This document shows positions 36,513 through 37,151 of a stretch of DNA of 37,151 bases, piece after piece. Where the stretch lies: sequence record DRR378314_1428; one strand, given 5' to 3'. The notes under the pieces are model-generated. The model searched no databases. It saw only the letters and a program-made list of their open reading frames with translations, and had not been told where the DNA came from. Position 1 is the first letter of the stretch, and each line of letters starts with the position of its first letter. The position numbers and the translations under genes are program-made.

Positions 36513-37028
36513 ATGTTCAATAAAAATATCAAGCTCGTTATTGCCGTTCTTATCATTGCCTATGCCGTTTACCAGTTTGTGGAAGGCAACATTGGCAACG
36601 GAATTGCGTTGATTTTGCTATCCTTCGTCTTCATCTTTCTATACTTTAGAAATGAGTTTATCCTATTGGCCTTTCTTAAAATGAGAAAGCAGGATTTGGA
36701 TGGTGTACAACGGTGGCTTGATAAAATAAAGAACCCAGAGTCCGCTTTGATCAAAAAACAAGTGGGATACTATAACTACTTGCACGGTATTATCTACTCT
36801 CAAAAAAACCTGACCCAGGCCGAAAAGTACTTTAAAAAGGCCTTGAAATATGGGTTGACCATGGATTATGATGTGGCCATGGCCAAATTGAGCCTTGCTG
36901 GTATTGCCATGCAAAAACGTAGAAAGCGCGAAGCTACCCAATTGTTAAAAGAGGCCAAGAAGTTGGACAAAAACAACATGCTTACCGACCAGATCAAGAT
37001 GATGCAACAGCAGATGAAGAAGATTTAG
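36513..37028 (+). CDS. Membrane protein with two N-terminal TM helices and C-terminal TPR-like repeats
   Basis: Two hydrophobic helices followed by YYNYLHGII...AEKYFKKALKYG. Confidence 0.8.
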   Translation: MFNKNIKLVIAVLIIAYAVYQFVEGNIGNGIALILLSFVFIFLYFRNEFILLAFLKMRKQDLDGVQRWLDKIKNPESALIKKQVGYYNYLHGIIYSQKNLTQAEKYFKKALKYGLTMDYDVAMAKLSLAGIAMQKRRKREATQLLKEAKKLDKNNMLTDQIKMMQQQMKKI

Positions 37029-37067
37029 GGTTCTTTTTGCTGTATATTTCTTTTTACTCCTGATTAA

Positions 37068-37151
37068 TTATCCGTCAATCCAAATAGGGTATTGATGAAT
37101 TTCGACTGGAACTTTAACCAGAAAAATACTAACTTCACTTACCTGTGCCGA
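37068..37151 (-). CDS. 3' end of an unidentified gene entering from the right edge (...SEVSIFLVKVPVEIHQYPIWIDG*)
   Basis: The frame is open from the window end to TAA at 37068-37070. Only 27 codons are visible. Confidence 0.35.
   Translation of the reverse strand, partial: SAQVSEVSIFLVKVPVEIHQYPIWIDG

Overview
This is a 37 kb chromosomal window from a Flavobacteriaceae bacterium (Bacteroidota). The assignment rests on TAnnTTTG promoters, Gln-after-signal-peptide proteins, a 52-aa L34 and a short 950-aa CarB; a Muricauda/Flagellimonas-like genus is my inference. Most of it is housekeeping and envelope genes: a DEAD-box helicase end, GH13 amylase, trmH, cobB, purB, two MscS, rmuC, zwf/pgl/gnd, carB, rpmH, a riboswitch-controlled btuB with a divergent Btu-like ABC transporter, ChaN, and S41 and S9 peptidases. 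I found no prophage, intact IS, CRISPR, rRNA or tRNA. The best candidates for a second look are four. (1) An ECF-sigma/anti-sigma/two-DUF4252 operon with a readable autoregulatory promoter (TGTAAC-N16-CGTC), a second internal copy of that motif, and a divergent S41 protease. (2) Three copies of a ~105-bp multi-hairpin GTCAGTTCGAGTG element plus other GTCA-tagged REP-like doublets and a MITE-like element. (3) A deletion scar fusing two gene remnants upstream of cobB. (4) A lipoprotein Rid homologue that lacks the catalytic Arg. All annotation is by eye with no database searches. I cannot show from sequence alone that any of these is undescribed.
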